Source of the DNA: Epiperipatus broadwayi
Lineage: Eukaryota > Animalia > Onychophora
Reading direction: 5' to 3'
DNA length: 64,000 nt
Assembly: GCA_028023455.1 (NCBI GenBank)
Contig: JAQFVV010000005.1
Span: forward strand, 18,848,001-18,912,000
Positions 26,801-39,893 of the stretch are shown here, piece by piece. Numbering within the stretch: position 1 is the stretch's first letter; the number at the start of each line of letters is the position of its first letter. Made by a program: the position numbers and the translations under genes. The notes under the pieces are model-generated. The model had not been told where the DNA came from and searched no databases. It saw nothing but the letters and a program-made list of their open reading frames with translations.

Positions 26801-27489
26801 AGCTTTGCTGGAAAAGTTTTAAAAAGAAACTTTTTTTTAAAAAAAGAAAGAAATCGTTTACTATTATTATTTTGTCTGTCTCTTGAAAAACGAACTTTGC
26901 CAAATTTAATAATATAGAAAAAGCAATGACTCTCGAGTAAAGTTTAAGTTAGGTATACATCAATCTCCAGAAATTAATCAGCATCATGATTGTCTCCACT
27001 AACTTATCAGAAATCAGCAAAAGGTAAAAATTTAAACTACAGAAAATAAGAAAATCTAAATTTTGATTTCGTATATAAAGCATTAAATCTGAACACTATA
27101 ATTTCATATAAAGCATTAAATATGAATATTAAGTGAATTGAAAAATACAACAAGAAGTGGACTCATATATTTAAAAATTAAAACAAGTTCTATTCAGCTG
27201 TAATCCACAGAAACCAAAATGAGGAAATTTTCTCAGCAGTGTAAAAACTTTATACATTTTGGCATAGAAATCGAACTCTATCACAAGGACTCTTTCAAAA
27301 TAAACCCATGTGCACACACAAACAGATCAAAGAAGAAAAAAAAATGGAAACCAGAAACCTGGAGGACGTCTCCGGAGAACTATTTAAGTGTATTTTTATA
27401 TTTGATATTCATGTAGAACATTTAAGTTTAAAAAAAAGAAAGGAAAAGAATTTTTTATTATTATTATTTATCATATATATCCATTTAAA

Positions 27490-27670
27490 ATTAATCCATG
27501 TATGTGCCTGTTAAATGCTTTCATTATTATTATTATTTAGGGGTATATGGAATTAATATCAAGTCATTTGTATGTACCTATTAAATGCTTTCATTATTAT
27601 TATTATTTTGGGGATAGATGAAATTAATACCAAATCATTCTGTATATGCCTTGTTTTAAATGCTTTACAT
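27490..27670. repeat. ~70-bp tandem repeat (about 2.5 units)
   Basis: TTAAATGCTTTCATTATTATTATTATTT..GGG recurs at 27511 and 27581, with a partial copy near 27656. Confidence 0.7.
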
Positions 27671-30033
27671 TTTGTTATGATAAGAGAGATATTGTTATGG
27701 GAAATGTTTTTTTTTTTAATCGGATCAGGGATTTTTGCCAACTGCTTAAACCTAATGCTATGTTTTAGGAAGGTTGCATGATTGTAGGGCTAAAATATCA
27801 TTATTATCCTATAAAGTGAAGAAAAGTAGTTTTAAGATTTTAGTGCACATTTCTTATTATTATTATCATAAAATTAAAGCTAGATACAAGCTAATTAAGG
27901 CTTGGAAATATTATTGGCTCATGTTCTAGTGTACTATTTTGCAAGAGTAATGTAGATATGAAAGTTTTACTTGTACAAATTGATGTTAGACCTGTATATA
28001 TGTGGGTGGACAATGAACCCCCACCAAGCTAGTGAAGTTGTAGTTTAGCTCGCCCCCTAAGATATTTATACTATATTTATAAAGTATTTAAACACAGTTG
28101 AAGAGTTTCCCCACTTAGTTATTGTCTACACCGTAAGATGATTTCTTTGTTGATGGCCAGAGGTTGATAGGTAAACCCAAGTCTCTTTATATGACTAGCG
28201 ATAGAAATCCTAGCATATCTCAACCTTAGTGAAAAGGTTTTCTCTTATTCGGGTCACTGCCTGCCTCATGTTAATGTTGATATTCCTTACGGGTGTATGA
28301 AATCTAGCTATTACTAAGCATTACTTATAAATGTTGGATACAGGGTTGCAAACTCAATTTCATGTCAGGATGAGTGCTGATAGTGTGTGTGCGATTGGTA
28401 TACTTGAACATTGTTTTCTTGATATATGTTAATTTGTCAATAAGAGCCAAGAGTAATAACGTCAATAAATATTCAACTTCAGGGTTAAATAAAACCTACG
28501 AATGTTGTAAGCAATGCATATCTGAAATTATTTAATAAATATATCCGCAGCCAGCTGAGAACTTTGCTGGAAATGTAATATTACTAATATTATTATTATT
28601 GTCATAAGAACATGAATATAGTGTGCATGCACATGTGATGATGATTGAGCTAGATACCGATTCGTTGACATTTGAAAGTAACCAAAATTAACTTAGTCCC
28701 ACCATACATAAAATATCTCTATTGTTGAGCATGGGGCAAGGAATATTAGATTAAAATAATTAAATAAAATTATTAAATTTTATTATTGGAAGCATTACCC
28801 TTGGAAACAAATCAGTAACTAAAAGCATTAAACACTGGGGGGAGGAATTTAATGTTCGCTATATCTGGGATAAAAATGAGAACAAAAATATGTATGTGAA
28901 GATAAATATTATTTTTGTCTGTCTGATATTAATATTACTCCATGGTAATCGTGATTCCCTAATAATTAAAAATGAGTATTTATATTTTAAAACCTCTTGA
29001 TATTATCTATTGATGTAGGGATATTTATTGTTTTTTTATATCATAATACGGTTGTATAACAGGGGAAAGCCATGTGAGTCATCAAGTGAATGTATATATT
29101 ATGTATTGAATTGTAGTATGTTAATAAAATTTATTTGTTTTAAATAAAATTTGCATACATCTCAATGTTTTGTGGGTTATTATAATCTAGACATCTCAAA
29201 TCCAATCATACATCAATATATTATTATTAATAGTTGAATAATCATTCTCGTAAATAATATCCGGTAAAATTATTTAAAATGGTTAATTTCCGATATTTAA
29301 AATTACCAAGTAATTTAATATAGTTGAAGTATAAATTGTGAATAGGGATGGTTAGTGAGTGATAGTGGATGCAATGGGTGGGCATAAAATCCTTTCCCCA
29401 TCTGTTGCATTCAAACATCTCTCTAGACGCACTTCTTTTTAATTTGGCTATAATTGTGAATATGTTTATAATGTTATTTTCTAAAAGATTTGATAAGCTT
29501 AAATTATTTGGGCTTTAATGTAAATAGACATTAAACTACATTAAAAACAGCCAAGATCACCTTGGAGGTGATCATGAGAGGGGTGTTTATCACCCATAAT
29601 CTAATGCAGCTGTTCGATCTCTACACCCTACTGTTTTAAAAACCCTGAGAAGAGATTATAATGGGAGAAATGAGATGGCACAATAGAAAATTTAATAGTA
29701 AAAGAGATAATAGTGTAATAGACCTATGGATGTGAGGATGCTGGAGGGGTGGATCAGGAAGGTGGAGATGGATATAGAACTATTTGTAATCGGAACAAAA
29801 TTTTAATTGTAGCTTTGGTGATGGTGAATGGAGCATGCTGAGAATAACCAAGAATTTCCAAGAATATTAATATTATTTTTAATACATTCTCAGTGGTCTC
29901 TTAATCGATTGATTATTCATTAACCCATTCATTAAATATTATTGCTGAAAGTTATTGAAAGGAGAGATAACCTCGATATTTTATTAAAGTTGCAATTTGG
30001 AAGCCTGGCAAATAAGGTTATGGATGTTCTATC

Positions 30034-30260
30034 TCATCATCATCATCATCCCTAATAGTGTTAGCTGGGAACGATGAAGCATCCATCGATCCATCCTTAA
30101 AACGTTACAATTGGCATGTAACTTAGCTGCAAGTGTCTCAGTGCCAGATAGATTCAAGTATAGGATATAATTAATGCATAGCGTGGTCGCCCGAGCAGAA
30201 ATAAAGAAATATTACAATTGATCCATAACGAGGATGTGCGACCATTTGAATAAAGTTATA
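30034..30260 (-). mobile_element. Old RTE-like LINE 3' remnant
   Basis: (GAT)n tail at 30034-30050 on the minus strand; upstream remnants translate to KWSHILVMD and LGRPR, typical C-terminal RTE motifs. Confidence 0.5.
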
Positions 30261-32363
30261 ATTAGCTTAAACTGTCCGATAATATATGTTATATTTGTAA
30301 ATTCTCCCAAACGTTTTAGTTATATTTGGCCCACAATGTGGATGGCTTTATTAAATTAAGTTACAATTGGTGCATAGCGTGAGGAAGCTATAAAGAGTAA
30401 GAGCGAATTGGTTTGAAGTCTCGTAGATTTAATTAAGTTAGAAATTCTCATTTGTTAGAATTGGCTAAAAAAAAATCTCTCATTTGTTAGAATTGGCTCA
30501 GAACATGGAAGGCCCTAATGATTTTTGTTATATTTGGCTAAAAATTCGTTCATTTAGTCAGAATATATATATATTGGCAAAGATCAATATGTGATCAGTA
30601 TGTAAATTTGATTGACATTTTTAATATTTTTATCAAAGTATTGAGGAATTCTGCCTTACCTCTATAGGATTCTTGGTGGACTTAAATGTAAAAATCCTAG
30701 ATTAGAGCTCTTGCTAATTATAAGGACTAAATATGATAAATAATTAATTTTAAAATTTGTAAAGTTTATTTTAGGCATAAATAAACAATATACATGTCAT
30801 ATAATTTCTTTATTGCTGGATTGGTAAGCTAATATTTTTATTGAGTATGCTAAATATTCACAAAAGAGACACTATACTTATATGAAAGTTATTATCATTG
30901 TATGAATGAATTGATAAATGAAAACTTTGAACTAAACAAACAATAGAAAGTTACTTTAATATGCTGAATTAATTTTGCTTAATCCAATGGAATTTATTTT
31001 AATAAAACATGATATAAAATTTTATTTTTAATTCTTCTCTTATACATTTTTGAAGAAGTGACATTGTAAAACTTTTGGCTATGTGGACTCAAATATGGAT
31101 TACTTGTAATTTTATTCTGTCTTTCTTTAAATAAATATGTTATTATTTAAGAAATTTCTTATAGTTGCTTCTTCACATCATTCCATTTATCAAACAGAAA
31201 TCATTCCATATATTGATTAAAAATTAAATGCTTATAAAATATTATACATTTAATTTAAATATATTTGCTAAAAATAAATGATCTTTAAATTAATGAGTAA
31301 CTTTATTGAATTATTTAAGCATTAGTATAAATAACATCTAAGAAAAATGTATTTGCTTAATAAAGTATTACAATTGGATTTATTTGGATCACTTTAATTA
31401 ATTTGATTTGCTTACTTCAAATCACTATGCATAATTATTCTAAAGTTATTTTCGTATTTGAAGATCATATTTATTATTTTATAAGATTTAATTTTACAAG
31501 AACTTAAATCATTTTTAGAAGGTGTTTAAAAAGATTTATTCTAGAATGTTTAGGATGACTACAAAATCCATTATCCATTCTTAATATCTGAGTGTAATCC
31601 CAGATTTTCATTAACTTATTCTAAAATTAAGAGATGTTTTCTTTTACTTAAGTAGTAATAATGTTGTTATTATAATTATGATAAGACATTAGCTTAGGGG
31701 AAGTGTATGTTTTATTTATTTTATTAACTAAGATTTCATTCAACATTGAATAAACCTAAAGAGTCAGAAGAATTTATGAGATCATATTATCCTAATATAC
31801 CTTGATTTAATTTAACTAACCATATTATTAAATTGATTATTTTATTTTAATATTACAATTTTACATTCAAAGACGGATCTTAAGTGGAATAGATTTTTAA
31901 AGAACACTTTAAATTATAAGAATTAAAGTGTTTTATCTGATCAAAGCAATGAGATGCTTAAGAAATATTTAGAAGATAGATGAAAAAAAAAAATGAAAGT
32001 TGTATTAGATCTTTGTAAAAGAAAGAAATTTAAGAATAATCTCAATGGTATATGTTTACAATATTAAGATTCATTTACTTTTGCTAGAGTGAGTTGAGAT
32101 TTCTCTTCCTCTTCACTTGTTAATATAATATTACTTTGCATTTTACTATATTTTATTATAATGCTTCCCCAATATATCCTTGTATTAAGGCATATGTTAT
32201 GAACACGCAGAGCATAGTTTTGTCAAATATTAGCTATTTAGGGATGTTTTAACTTGTACTTAGAGCAGCATTTTTGTTTCTTTCTTTAAGTTACAGAATG
32301 ACTTGCCCATTGTGTTGGCTATTAATCAACAAAAGAGTTTAGATCAATTGTCTATTATATATA

Positions 32364-33321
32364 TACCTGGGTCTCGTTTTATGCGATAGATAGGTTCCTC
32401 AGAAAACACGCGCAAACAAAATCACGCAAAAATAGACGTAACTTACATTGAAAATTCGTGCGCAAAAAAAATAAGGAAATAAAATATGACTAATAAAAAA
32501 TTTCAAATTTGAAAAAAATTGATACAAGACAAACTTTTTTTAACTATAATATTTAATTTTATTCAAATAATATATTTTTATGCATAATTTACATTTTTTA
32601 TACACGTTTTAATTATTATCGATATTTGCCGAAAACACGTTCGTTTGCAAACTGAGGAAATACAACTAGCTAACTTCACACTCATGTTAGGTCAATGGAT
32701 TTCTGGTGACAACGTAATTAGTAATTAATCTTTGAGATGATGATTTTATTAATTGTTTATGAACTTAGACTTACGATAATAAAAAGACATTTATTCACCA
32801 CTGCTGGGAAAAATTTAATTAAAACTAACAACTAAAAATTAAATTCTTATTTTTGTCTTTAATTTTCAATTCCGTTTAAAAATCAAATTTCGTTTCACTG
32901 CTATTACTCACCTTTTAAAAATAAACTTGCGGACACTAAATGATTAATAATTGATTACGTTCTTTTTTAAAAAGCAAAAACAGAATGTGATTTAAAATGC
33001 AAAATTAACACGCACAATGTTTGAACAAATTTACATCACAATCTTGTAAAATTTAATATGTGTATACATAAAATGTGGAAATCATGATTTTAATTTTATT
33101 ATTGCATAAAATCTTACTATTATAAAGCACTGAAAATATTGAAATTACTAAGATGAAAGTCGAATTCCAATAATGTGCTATTACTTTCAATATAACGTAA
33201 GTGTGCGAAATTTATTATTTAAAGTAATAGCGCATTATCGGAATTTGACTTCCGGTGAACTTCAAAATCGTGTAACTTCAAAATCATGTTAAATAAGTCC
33301 GCATAAAAAGAGACCCAGGTG
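32364..33321. mobile_element. Non-autonomous Tc1/mariner-pogo-like DNA transposon (958 bp)
   Basis: 22-bp TIRs TACCTGGGTCTCGTTTTATGCG / CACCTGGGTCTCTTTTTATGCG (20/22); TA on both sides (32362-63, 33322-23); CpG-richer interior. Confidence 0.85.
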
Positions 33322-33427
33322 TATATATATATAAACATTACAATCATAAAGCTAAACTAGTCAATATAAAATCAAAACTACCCCAAATCCAAAATTAAAC
33401 CAGACCAGCATAAAAATAATATTAAAA

Positions 33428-33471
33428 TACAACCTAAGGTTTCACTGCTACAAGCAGACTTCTCAAGTGTA
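33428..33471 (-). ncRNA. Degenerate hammerhead remnant downstream of a PLE endonuclease
   Basis: Reverse complement TACA CTTGAGA AGT CTGC TTGTA GCAG T GAAA CCTTAGG TTGTA; core damaged; ~35 nt after the GIY-YIG stop. Confidence 0.4.
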
Positions 33472-33504
33472 AAGAACTACAAAAACTACATAATATATAT
33501 AATA

Positions 33505-33930
33505 TTAAAAACTACCCACAAATCCCTTCACTTCCCATCCACCCTTAATATTAAAAGAACTCTTAAATAAGTTAATTGCTTCAGAATAATAAATTTTCAA
33601 TAATAAAGACTCTTTAATTCTTCTTTTGATTTCATTTCTCTCAAAGAAGACAACCTTAGCTTCATCAAAATCAATAGTGTGGCCTATATCTTTTTCATGG
33701 ACATACAAAGCAGAACTAAGATATCTATTTATAACTCTACTTTTATGAACCTTTATTCTTTCATTTAAACTCAAACTACTCTGACCTATGTAAACCTTTT
33801 TACAAAATAAACAAGGGATAAAATATACTACACAAGGAATAATCTTTCTATCAAAAACTTCTTTTGTATTATTTAATAAACTTATGGTGGGTTGCTTCAT
33901 ATTCTTCTTTCTTGTTGGATGGATAATCAT
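33505..33930 (-). pseudogene. Penelope-like GIY-YIG endonuclease, 3' fragment
   Basis: VVYFIPCLFCKKVYIGQS...LNERIKVHK...SALYVH...GHTIDF...RRIKESL...AIN. Confidence 0.85.
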
Positions 33931-34747
33931 GGAAATTTCAGGATGTTATTGCTCTGGTGTTAATAAATGTTCCTTCTTGTTGCTTTACCAAGTGACATCC
34001 ATAGCATAATGCAATAATTCGGTGGACAAGATGTTAAGATTTCCTCAGCATTAATATTTCTCCACCCACTATTCTGAAAGGTTAGCCATATCTATAAGAG
34101 GTCATTAGTTTTTAAAAAAACTGTGTAATCGATCCCTTATAGAGATATCAGCGATAGTTCTAATTCAATGAATTGTGTAAGAAAATGATCTCTCTAAGTG
34201 TTTGTACAACTAGAGAATTCTGGAGCCAAAGTAGTGAACAAATAATGAAGAGAAAAAAGAATGAATGAATCCCACAGCACTGCCCAAAACCTATTCTGCC
34301 ACTCATTACAGTATCAATTCATGTATCCCCCTGAGAGGTATGAGTCAACCAACTTTTTATTTGAGTTAATCATTTAAATCGTAAACATTCGTTTTTTCTT
34401 TGTTTAAACTCTGTATAACAGGATTTTAATATTTAGTTTCCATCTTGGATTCTCATATCACTTGTTTTAACTGATATTAATTCAAAAGAATTTTTATTTT
34501 ATCTAAGAAAAGAAAAAAAATGACATTTTAATTACAACATTCATTAATAACAATTCTGTTTTTTTGTTTACAGATTTTTACTGAAGCAATCAAAATTCTT
34601 TGATTACAGAACAAGATTACAAAGTTTTTAGAAAAGTAATATAAAAAAAGTAAGTATGTTGGAACAATTACTTTGTATTTCTTTTACCAATATGTTCCAA
34701 CACGTGACCAATTTGATTAACAAAGTTTGCTTTTCTCCATTTGTGTG

Positions 34748-34860
34748 TTTTTTTTTCATATGTCATAGTATCGGGCTGGGACATGAACCCACAACCATCT
34801 GCAACCAACTACTTGCTTACAAGGCACCTGTGATGGCCTCTTGGCTAACAACGCTTGTCA
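34748..34860 (-). mobile_element. tRNA-Gly-derived SINE, expanded-variable-arm subfamily
   Basis: Full-length reverse-complement match to 10854-10969 with a poly(A) tail. Confidence 0.8.
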
Positions 34861-35740
34861 TTTGTGTGTTTTTCAGAGAAAAGAAAAATATATAACGATA
34901 AAATTACATGTAAAATGAAAATATACAAGAAAAGAAAAAGACAAAGAAAAACAACAACAAAAAAAATACATGAACTCATTATGTGGGTATACTTCTATTA
35001 TTAATGTAGCACATTTATATATTTGTTGTGCTTAATTATGATATAATTTATATATACAAATTTACTTATTATATATATGTACCTGCTGTAATGCTCTTTA
35101 CAGCAAACTTGTGCATGGACATTTGATAATGTCCTGCACAATATGTATATAATTCATTCATCTTAAATTTTACCAATTATTTCAATTTTATTTATAACTA
35201 ACTAATGCTACTTTTTCTTTGCAAATTCTGATACATTTTTTCATAATCAAATGAAGCAATTATTCTATTTCATTTTACTATACTTAACTTACTTGTAATA
35301 TCTTCAGAATTCTTAATACAATATTTACCAAAGCCTAGTGCAATAAATTATATATATTAAATAAACAAGTATAAATAGTCCCATATTGATATATTTTTAT
35401 GTATTTTACCATATGGATGTTCAAAACAAGCATATCTCAAAATAAAGATCCAAAAAATATAACTACAAAACATAAAATTTTATTGAATTAAATATTGAAT
35501 CAATTATTTACTTAAAAAAGAGTACAGTTTTTTATATCCTACAGAGTTCGAACATTTATGTGTGTTGGGGAAGATAAAAAAAAAATAATATGCCAGTAAC
35601 GCTAGGCTTAGATTTTAATAATTAGAATTATTTAGGCGTTATGTAATATATATATAACTGTAATAAGCTTTGATGAATAGTGTATTAAGAATTTTGAAGA
35701 GATTGCAAATAAATTAAGAATAGTAAAATGAAGTAGAAAT

Positions 35741-36175
35741 GGAATAATTGCATCATTTGATATTAAAATAATGTGTCAGAATTTACAAGCAAAGATAGTA
35801 TTAAGACAGTCGAAAATAAAATTAAAAGTCGTAAGATTTCAGATTTTTTTTTTCTTCAGATAAATGGATATGTAATATTGAAGAAAGATTAGCAGTTATA
35901 AGCGATGCTTTATATTTTAAATATAAATAAAAGTTCAGCGATTTAATGCAAGAATGGATTATGGGTTATTCTATTAGTGGAATTATATCATCAATTGTGA
36001 ATAAACAATATTAAAAAAATATAATTGATAAATTTATTAAAAATAAAGAAATTATACACTATTATAGATATGTTATAAATATAATGAGGAATGATAGAAA
36101 TATTGTTAGTACACTTAAAGAATTGAATAATAGTACATTCAATATTAGATTTGTAATGGAAAAGGAAAAAGAGAT
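35741..36175 (+). pseudogene. Decayed Penelope-like reverse transcriptase fragment
   Basis: Correctly ordered motifs IASFDIK, YFKYK, IMGYSISGIIS, HYYRYV(IN)I, ELN...IRFVMEKE, matching PLE RT SFDV / MGSPxS / RYVDD / IKFTxExE. Confidence 0.6.
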
Positions 36176-36302
36176 GACAAGATTTAGATTTAAAAAAAAA
36201 AAAAAGTTAAATAAAGAAAAAAGAGGAATAATTAATCCAAATTCATACTAACCATGGTCTCAGAAACAGCAGTTTTGAAAAGTTTTAAATTGAAAAACAA
36301 TA

Positions 36303-36412
36303 GTCAAGCATTGGTGGTTGAGAGGTCAGTGACAGCTGCTTTACAAGCAGTTGTCCCGGGTTAGCAGGTTCGCTTCCCGGCTGATACTATGATACATGCC
36401 GGGGGAAAAAAA
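36303..36412 (+). mobile_element. tRNA-Gly-derived SINE copy
   Basis: GTCAA GCATTGGTGG...GCTGC TTTACAA GCAGT...GGTTCGCTTCCCGG..TATGATACATG then an A-rich tail. Confidence 0.75.
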
Positions 36413-38848
36413 TTGAAAAACAATACAAAATTAGAATTTGAGAATGATTATGTGAAAATGATTATAAATATAAAGATATTAAAAGAAATTTAAATAATAA
36501 AGATGTAAATAATAAAAGAAATAGTGAAAAACATATATAAAGATAGGAAATGATTTTCAATGCCATATTTAATGGATGTACATAAACAAATTGAATAAAA
36601 AATATTGTTAGATGATATAAAAATAAATAGAAATCTTTAAAAAAATTAGATAAGTAATGCTAAAAATGATAATAATATTAAAAATTAAAATAGTTATAAA
36701 TTAATTGTAGACACTATGATTTATATTGGTCTGTCAAAAAACTGTAAATGAAAGAAGTAAAGACTTTTATAGAGCTATTAACAAAAAAGATATGACCCTG
36801 TCATATATTTATTTTTTAGGTAAAAGCTACAGAATCACTTATAAAAATACAATTGATAAAATATATTAAAAACTAAAGAAAAACATTGTTTTGAGACTTT
36901 GAATATTCAGGAAAATGTGAATAAATTTTACAAGGCCTAATGTAATTATTGAAGAAATGGCCATTATTTGATGATTACAAGTTTCAAAAATGTATTTTAA
37001 AATATTATTTATATAAATTTGATTTGTATAAATTATATATTTAAGCAATTGCCAGAAGTTGTTATAGAGTAATTTGTCATATGATAATTGGAAACATTTT
37101 GCAAACATTTTTATAAAAATTTTTATTTGAACTTAATCAGTATATGAAGGTGAGCAAATTTATTACACATACAAATAAGATATCACTCTCTCCTCTCCAG
37201 ATAAATACCCTTAATAATTATTATTTTCACAATAAATTGTAATAATCTGATATTGATAAACAATGAACAAGAATAATAAAGATGATATGTGCTGATTCAG
37301 CATTAAATGCATCATGGGAATTATTTATCTTTTCCAGATATCATTATCATGTGATTAAAATATATGTGGTAAAATGAATAAGGATATACATATAATTATA
37401 TGCTACAAATGTGGGGAATTAATAATTATTACAGGCTTTTGATGTCATCTGTGTCTAGCTTTGATGAGGGTGCACCACAAAGAAATCCTATTTTTGCAAT
37501 ATATTGCACTGTAATAATTAACTGACCTTAAACTCTCATGGAATATTATTTTATATTTCACTATGGTTTAAGTAATTTTGATACTTACATTAAAATTAAA
37601 ATTTTCATGGGCAAAGGATGTAAATATAGAGGTTACATTTATCCATGTCTATGTTTTGACTGCATCACAATGGATAGTCTGACTGGAACATCAATACAAC
37701 ATTGATATTAATAAATCACCTATACATATAAACAAATCTAAGATATATGTTTACATATACATTTGTACTATAATTAGTAACAGACTGATTAATAACAAAC
37801 AAAAATTTGCTTACAGTATCAAAAGAATATATATTTAAATACATGTATATTATCTATACTAATTTAACACATCAAGGGAAAAAAACATCACCATATATCA
37901 ACAGTTTTGCATGATTTTAGTCACAAGCTTTTAATATAGTTGTGGAGTTTTGTCAGGTAAAAAAAGAACATAAATTATCAAACTCTTATTTTATTTTAGA
38001 TCTTGCTGAATCTTAATTTTTTGCACATTAAATGGAGAATACAAGAAATACTACTGTTAATCTGTATTAATAGTATTTCTTAGTCTTAATATTCACTAAC
38101 TGTAATTAATAATTGTTGAGAAGATATCAAGGTTTATAAAGAAATAAGTGCTTGACTACAGTGGCCACTGGAGCCCACAAAAAAGTTTTACAATAAATTA
38201 CTTACACATATGTAAAAGTATTGTATTATTTTTGTAGATTCACTTTTTACTTCTGTTAATAAATTGTACACACTGAAAGTTACTGATAATCTAGTTGGTA
38301 TTTATTTATTACATACAAATGATGTCTTTATATGCAAATCTTCAGAATTTACCCATATGTGTACAACATTGCTTAGTTTAGCAATATCAACTCCAAAAAA
38401 AGAGATAGAAATTTGTTGAATAAATTGATAAAAACTTATCTGTAAATTATTTGCTTTGATATACGTTTTTTTTTTGCCCAGATAAAAAATTAAATTTAAA
38501 AAATATATATATAAAGGCAGGAAAAAAAAATTCAAATTTGCAAACATCATGTGTAAAATTTGAACGAAATTCTATTATTTTTTGGATAAGATCCTGTATA
38601 TTATTGACCTATATTCCACTTTTGTTTATTTTTAACGTTTACATTCATTGATTCATGTCACAGCAATTCCGAAATCTTTAAATGATCTGATAAAAATAAT
38701 AATTTAATTCTGAAAGAAAATAAATGGTAGCTTTAGAATGACTGATTAATCTGGTATGTACGTTAAGACCATTGCCAAAGGCAAATTTAAGACTAAAACC
38801 AATAAAAACTAAATAATTTATACATCATTATTCGTTAAAACAGTAGCG

Positions 38849-39000
38849 ATGCAAGTGATAGTAATCAAGGATGCTAGAAGGTTTGTATCAAAATCCATGT
38901 CTAGTGCCTACTCATATAATATCCCCAGACTAGTAGACACTAAATATATATAAATTTTGATGCAAACCTTTAAGTATCCATTGATTACTATGGCTTGCAT
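38849..39000. mobile_element. Small inverted family B fragment
   Basis: Arms 38849-38894 / 38954-39000; contains ATCCCCAGACTAGT, the minus-strand 3' half of the family B HHR. Confidence 0.7.
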
Positions 39001-39219
39001 TAGATGACACTATAGAATGAAAAAAGTTGCTATTGTTTTAGTAGAATAGTAGATTGTGTAAGAATAAGAAATGGTGATCATGTGATAATCATTTGTTGTA
39101 GCTTACCATTTCTTTAATGCATTTTAATATATCAGCATATATTTATATATTTAAAGATACAATAAATTTTAATGCAATGATATAAATTGATAAAGATAAA
39201 CTTTTCCTAAATGAATTGT

Positions 39220-39297
39220 AATTAAATTCTAAGCGCTAGGAACACTAAATAGGAAAAGGTTTTCTTATTTAGTGTTCCTAGTGCTTAGAATTTAATT
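39220..39297 (+). repeat. 35-bp near-perfect hairpin
   Basis: Arms 39220-39254 / 39263-39297; both mismatches are G-U compatible on the + strand. Confidence 0.85.
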
Positions 39298-39893
39298 AAT
39301 TTTAATATAGATAAATAATCAAATTGCTTGGGACGTAAAATGGCATTCAAGTATTGAAAGTAACAGATAAGGCTTTTATCCAGAATTCTTTAGTTCTTGG
39401 ATCCATCATTTTATCACTGCTGTGTGACTTGGTGCAATGGTAGATTGGTGTACTCTGGACTCAAAACCTATGGATTGAAGTCCAGTTCTACCACAGTGCT
39501 CAAACTTATTAATGAATTCCTAAGCAATAAAATATTCAATTTGGCTGCTTTTCTTTTTTGCTGTTTACTTATTCTATTATTAACAAAATTATAAAAATCA
39601 GTAATATATCCTGGAACTAAAAAAAAAAAAAAAAGTTTAAAAATAAAATGTAACTTATCTAAATAGTATATAGAAGTCTACATCCTATTTAAATGCTGTA
39701 CTGTAATTGTTTTTTCAAACAGTTAATATATTAATTAAAGGAAAATTATAAAGAATATTAATTATATATTGTTGATTAAAAAGAGAACTTGTGAAATCGA
39801 CTATTGTTGTATTTAAACTCATTAATTAATTAAAATATAAGAACTACTAAGATATAAAATAAGGCAGATATCCCTTTTAAATGTGTTTTGCAG

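Noticed and set aside
31690-32040. Possible additional PLE endonuclease relic
   Set aside because: Similarity too faint to support without a profile search.
34574-38070. Further + strand exon candidates (FLLKQSKFFDYRTRLQ, LLMSSVSSFDEGAPQRNPIF, SQAFNIVVEFCQ)
   Set aside because: Could not be joined into one phase-consistent chain with credible splice sites.
39420-39495. tRNA-Gln-like words (TGGTGCAATGGTAG, ACTCTGGACTC)
   Set aside because: No cloverleaf or intact B-box; at most an unrecognisable SINE relic.
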